From Candidatus Thorarchaeota archaeon (GTDB lineage: Archaea; Asgardarchaeota; Thorarchaeia; Thorarchaeales; Thorarchaeaceae), in NCBI GenBank assembly GCA_048884785.1, contig JBHLQM010000012.1:1-28757 (forward strand): a stretch of 28,757 nucleotides of DNA. Reading direction: 5' to 3'. Under the pieces are notes generated by a model. It was given only the letters and a program-made list of their open reading frames with translations. It had not been told where the DNA came from and searched no databases. Below are positions 25,423 through 28,757 of this stretch, one piece after another; the first letter of the stretch is position 1; every line of letters begins with the position of its first letter. A program made the translations under genes and the position numbers.

Positions 25423-26292
25423 TCATGGCATTCCTGTTGCAGTTAGGATTGTGATATGGACAATATCATATGATTCTATTTGGGCAAAATACTTCTTGAG
25501 ATTTTCAGTAAGAATCTTCTCAGGAGGAATATCTCCATTGAATTGAGGAGGATATTCTCTTTGCTCAATGAATTCGCCTATGCTGAGAGGATCTTCAATC
25601 TTTCTAATTAATGCCGTAGGGGCTGCAATAGCAATCTTGCCTGACGGCTTTAGCACCCTGCGCCATTCTTTATAGCAGGACTCATCATTTTGAACCCCTA
25701 AAAATCCCGGGAGGACGATCAAATCAAGATACTGGTCTTTGGTAGGAATACTACTGTAACTTCCCTCGAGATTTGGCAGCCCTTCTATGTCCAGCTCATT
25801 CGCCATTTTCCTAGACCCAACAAAATAGATTGTTGCCTTCGGACGCCGATTCCTTAGAAACTTCAGAGATGTTTTAATTGCACCAGTAGCTCTCTCTGCT
25901 AGAAAGCCAATCACTGATTCTTCAGGAGAGTTTTCAACAATCTTCTTTGCTATCAAGGCAAAGGCACTCTTTTCAGTGGGGAGATTTCTAAGGTAATCCC
26001 CATAGTATTCGTGTACTGTATGAATTGCATCTTCCAAAATTTGATTTCGAGCCTGCTCTCCCTTCTTGGTGAGCCAATAGACCCTCCTTTTCGGACCGGA
26101 TGCACTATCACTCCAAGCATCCTTTAGTAGGCCTCTACTGTACATTTGATTCAGAATATCGTATAATCGGCCAATGCCAATCTTCATATCACGTGACTCG
26201 AGCTCTTTGTGAATCTCATAACCATGCATTTGCCTATGACCCAAAATGCCAAGCACTTCCCGTTCAATGGTTTCAGTTCTAATCAATTGCAT
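25423..26292 (-). CDS. PadR-family HTH regulator fused to a degenerate class I methyltransferase-like domain
   Basis: 'MHGYEIHKEL...LY..L......GLL...W....GPKRRVY.LT..G'; C-terminal 'IP.KD...DLIV' and 'EWRRVLKPSGKIAI'; GGAGG favours ATG 26292. Confidence 0.8.
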   Translation of the reverse strand: MQLIRTETIEREVLGILGHRQMHGYEIHKELESRDMKIGIGRLYDILNQMYSRGLLKDAWSDSASGPKRRVYWLTKKGEQARNQILEDAIHTVHEYYGDYLRNLPTEKSAFALIAKKIVENSPEESVIGFLAERATGAIKTSLKFLRNRRPKATIYFVGSRKMANELDIEGLPNLEGSYSSIPTKDQYLDLIVLPGFLGVQNDESCYKEWRRVLKPSGKIAIAAPTALIRKIEDPLSIGEFIEQREYPPQFNGDIPPEKILTENLKKYFAQIESYDIVHITILTATGMP

Positions 26293-26495
26293 GCCTCCAG
26301 AAGTCACAGCAATATTGGTTGATTTGCAGATTCTTCTATTAAACACCTTATTGTGGGGAGCTCGATAATTCCAACTCCCAACATGTAAAGCATATGTTTT
26401 GTAGTTTTCCCTCAATAACTCCTAGGCAGAAGGATACATCCATTTGGCGAATTGAGAACAGGTTGGTAGATGGCACACTCGTTGAGTAATGAAAC

Positions 26496-27404
26496 TCACT
26501 TTGTCAAAGGGTAGTCTGAAACCTCATCCCTGAAATTCAATCCTATTGTGAATATTTCTTTTGAATCGCTTACCATGAAGGCGAAGCGATAGACTATTGT
26601 TGTTGCGGTACTCGACCAAAAGAAAAACTCCGGTGGAAGGATGAATTCATCTTTCCATTTTGTGCATACGGTATTGAAATGCTCTAGTAGAACGGGTTTT
26701 GAACATGTGCGCTCGACTTCCACATCAAAGGTGTAGCGATATATTTCGTCGCCCTTGGTAAGAAACTTCAATTTCTCGATTGCATTGGCTATGCGACCAT
26801 CATTGTCATCATCGTAATCAAAGTCAGCGTGATGGTATTCCAACCCACGCTCATCCAGGTAATCATCAATACGCTGCCGAAAATTAGTCATACGCGAGTC
26901 AATGGTCATGAGATTGGGAATGAACTGGCGAGTATGATCAGGCCGTAAGATGCGAGTATAGTTCAGAGTTATCTCGAGCACAATCCCTTCGCTATCACCT
27001 AGCCGAATATAATCGCCTACACGGAACGGCCTAGCAACTAAGACATACAGTCCACTCACCAGATTGCCAAGTGCTCGTGAGAAAGCCAGTCCTATAGCCG
27101 TACCCATGAGGGCGCCTCCGGCAAGAACATATGTTCGAACCTCTTCTCCAATAAATGCTAGGAGGCTGAGAAAGCCTATCGCAAAGAAGACGAGACGGAT
27201 ACCAAAGACTGTTCCACCTATAGCCTCTCTTCCCATTCCTACTTTTTTGAATGATATCTTTACCGAACGAATAGTAATCAGGTAGAAAAAGTAGAGAATA
27301 AGAAAGAACGGAATAGCGGCGAAATAGCCAGCATAGGGGCCTAGTCCAAATGGCGCAAGTAGCAGTCTAATATACTCCGCAAAGCCTGAGAAGAGGTCCT
27401 GCAT
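26496..27404 (-). CDS. Small-conductance mechanosensitive channel (MscS family)
   Basis: 'AIGLAF...LGNLVSGL....RPFRVGDYI.....EG.V.EI.L.YT...FIPN'. Confidence 0.85.
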   Translation of the reverse strand: MQDLFSGFAEYIRLLLAPFGLGPYAGYFAAIPFFLILYFFYLITIRSVKISFKKVGMGREAIGGTVFGIRLVFFAIGFLSLLAFIGEEVRTYVLAGGALMGTAIGLAFSRALGNLVSGLYVLVARPFRVGDYIRLGDSEGIVLEITLNYTRILRPDHTRQFIPNLMTIDSRMTNFRQRIDDYLDERGLEYHHADFDYDDDNDGRIANAIEKLKFLTKGDEIYRYTFDVEVERTCSKPVLLEHFNTVCTKWKDEFILPPEFFFWSSTATTIVYRFAFMVSDSKEIFTIGLNFRDEVSDYPLTK

Positions 27405-27527
27405 TATTCATATGTGCCTCCTCGAGAAGTTACATTGCATCAGGCTCGATTCAGGAATTAATCCTTTTGGGTAGATTTTTCTCAACTCAAGGCAGAGTAA
27501 AGGACGGCAGAAAGTGGCGTCAGAATC

Positions 27528-28169
27528 ATGAAAAATTTGCAGAAGACCCTACAAGAGGCAGAGTCTGAGCAGAGGAGATTGGCTGAGCTTGTAATAGAGA
27601 AAGATGATGCCAATAGCGATTACAAAACTGTGACTGGAGTCGATGTGTCCTACAGAGGCACGGCAGCCTTTGCCTGTGCAGTAGTATATGACCTTTCGAC
27701 AATGAAACCAGTGAAAAGCCTAGCACTTAGGTTAGAAAGCAAATTACCCTACATCCCAAATTACTTCTATCTCAAGGAAGGACCCATTCTGATCGATCTC
27801 TTGGAGCAGTTCCCGGATACAGGACCAGTATTGATAGATGGCAATGGCATCCTGCACCCGAGAAGATTTGGACTTGCATCATATGTGGGTGTAAAAATTG
27901 ATCGTCCAACCATTGGAATTGCCAAAGGATTGCTCACTGGGAAGCTGGGAGAGAGAGATGGTGATTCCGCCCCAATTCTTGATAGTGGGGAGATCATTGG
28001 AAAGGCAGTCTGGCTCAACAATACTGCAAAGCCAGTTTTTGTTTCAATAGGGCACAGAGTAAGTCTCGAAAGGGCAATACAAATCTCACGGCAGTCTACA
28101 ATCAGGAGTTATCCAGAACCCCTGAAACTGGCTCATAGATGCTCAAAATCAAACAATCAGTGGAATTGA
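27528..28169 (+). CDS. nfi: Endonuclease V
   Basis: 'GVDVSY', PYIP wedge, 'KEGP', 'IDGNGILHPRRFGLAS', 'IGIAK', 'PVFVSIGH', 'PEPL'. Confidence 0.93.
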   Translation: MKNLQKTLQEAESEQRRLAELVIEKDDANSDYKTVTGVDVSYRGTAAFACAVVYDLSTMKPVKSLALRLESKLPYIPNYFYLKEGPILIDLLEQFPDTGPVLIDGNGILHPRRFGLASYVGVKIDRPTIGIAKGLLTGKLGERDGDSAPILDSGEIIGKAVWLNNTAKPVFVSIGHRVSLERAIQISRQSTIRSYPEPLKLAHRCSKSNNQWN

Positions 28170-28663
28170 GTCATTGGGAAAAAGCAAAGTACTTGTTTGC
28201 CTTTCAGGATTTCATGACAAAAAAAGGAATACCAGATTCTGGAATTGTTCTTCAAGCCTCCAGAGACCTAATTCGAAAAGCAGCACAGCGTGTGCTCACT
28301 GATTTCACTATGTTTGTTGAAGATTCAGAAGGCAATCATTATTCTCAGAAAGAATCAATTGCTGCGGGAGATTCCATTGTGTTCAAAGAGAATATGGACA
28401 TATGTCCAGCCATTGTAATTGCGACTTTGCTTGAAGAGAATCTCTGGTTTGTAATGACAACGGCTGAATGCCCGCGTACCAGGTGCGATGATATGCAGGC
28501 GATGAAATGCGCCAGGCTGAATGACCAGAATCTCAGAATCCTTCGTGAGTTTGTGACCGATCGAAAAGAAGCTAAAATGCTCACTGAATGGCAATCAGGA
28601 TTCAGAGACCCTTCAATGTTGGAGAAGATTATTGACCGAACCACGCATAGATGGACTCATTGA
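28139..28663 (+). CDS. Hypothetical protein overlapping the end of nfi
   Basis: 174-aa ORF (possible GTG start at 28160); several Cys; no family recognised. Confidence 0.6.
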   Translation: MLKIKQSVELSHWEKAKYLFAFQDFMTKKGIPDSGIVLQASRDLIRKAAQRVLTDFTMFVEDSEGNHYSQKESIAAGDSIVFKENMDICPAIVIATLLEENLWFVMTTAECPRTRCDDMQAMKCARLNDQNLRILREFVTDRKEAKMLTEWQSGFRDPSMLEKIIDRTTHRWTH

Positions 28664-28757
28664 TTGAAAGCTAGTTTCCCGCAAAATCATATTTCTGACC
28701 ACCTATGAATATCTCATTCCCACAGTTTCTGCACTTCAACCAAAGTGCATCTGTTGT

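Overview
A gene-dense archaeal chromosomal window, most likely from an Asgard archaeon and probably Thorarchaeia. This assignment is an inference from the TPR and ATPase-TPR gene types, GGTGA/GGAGG ribosome-binding sites, frequent TTG/GTG starts, TATA-like promoters and Thr-rich, C-terminally anchored surface proteins. About 26 genes are supported, including purH, endonuclease V (nfi), MscS, VIT1, EamA and MFS transporters, a STAND-like ATPase-TPR protein, an S66 LD-carboxypeptidase next to an Asp/Glu racemase, and a TPP enzyme/Zn-ADH/SCP2 operon. No rRNA, tRNA, CRISPR array, integrase or transposase was seen. Five signals go beyond the ORF track: (1) a 131-bp direct repeat (upstream region plus first 20 codons of a YbjN-like gene) bracketing a 2.1-kb two-gene cassette; (2) a 30-aa C-terminal anchor module shared without gaps by two unrelated surface proteins; (3) a candidate stand-alone structured RNA at about 25150-25350; (4) two small ORFs missed by the track; (5) several palindromes and hairpins. 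All family calls come from motif recognition, not database searches.
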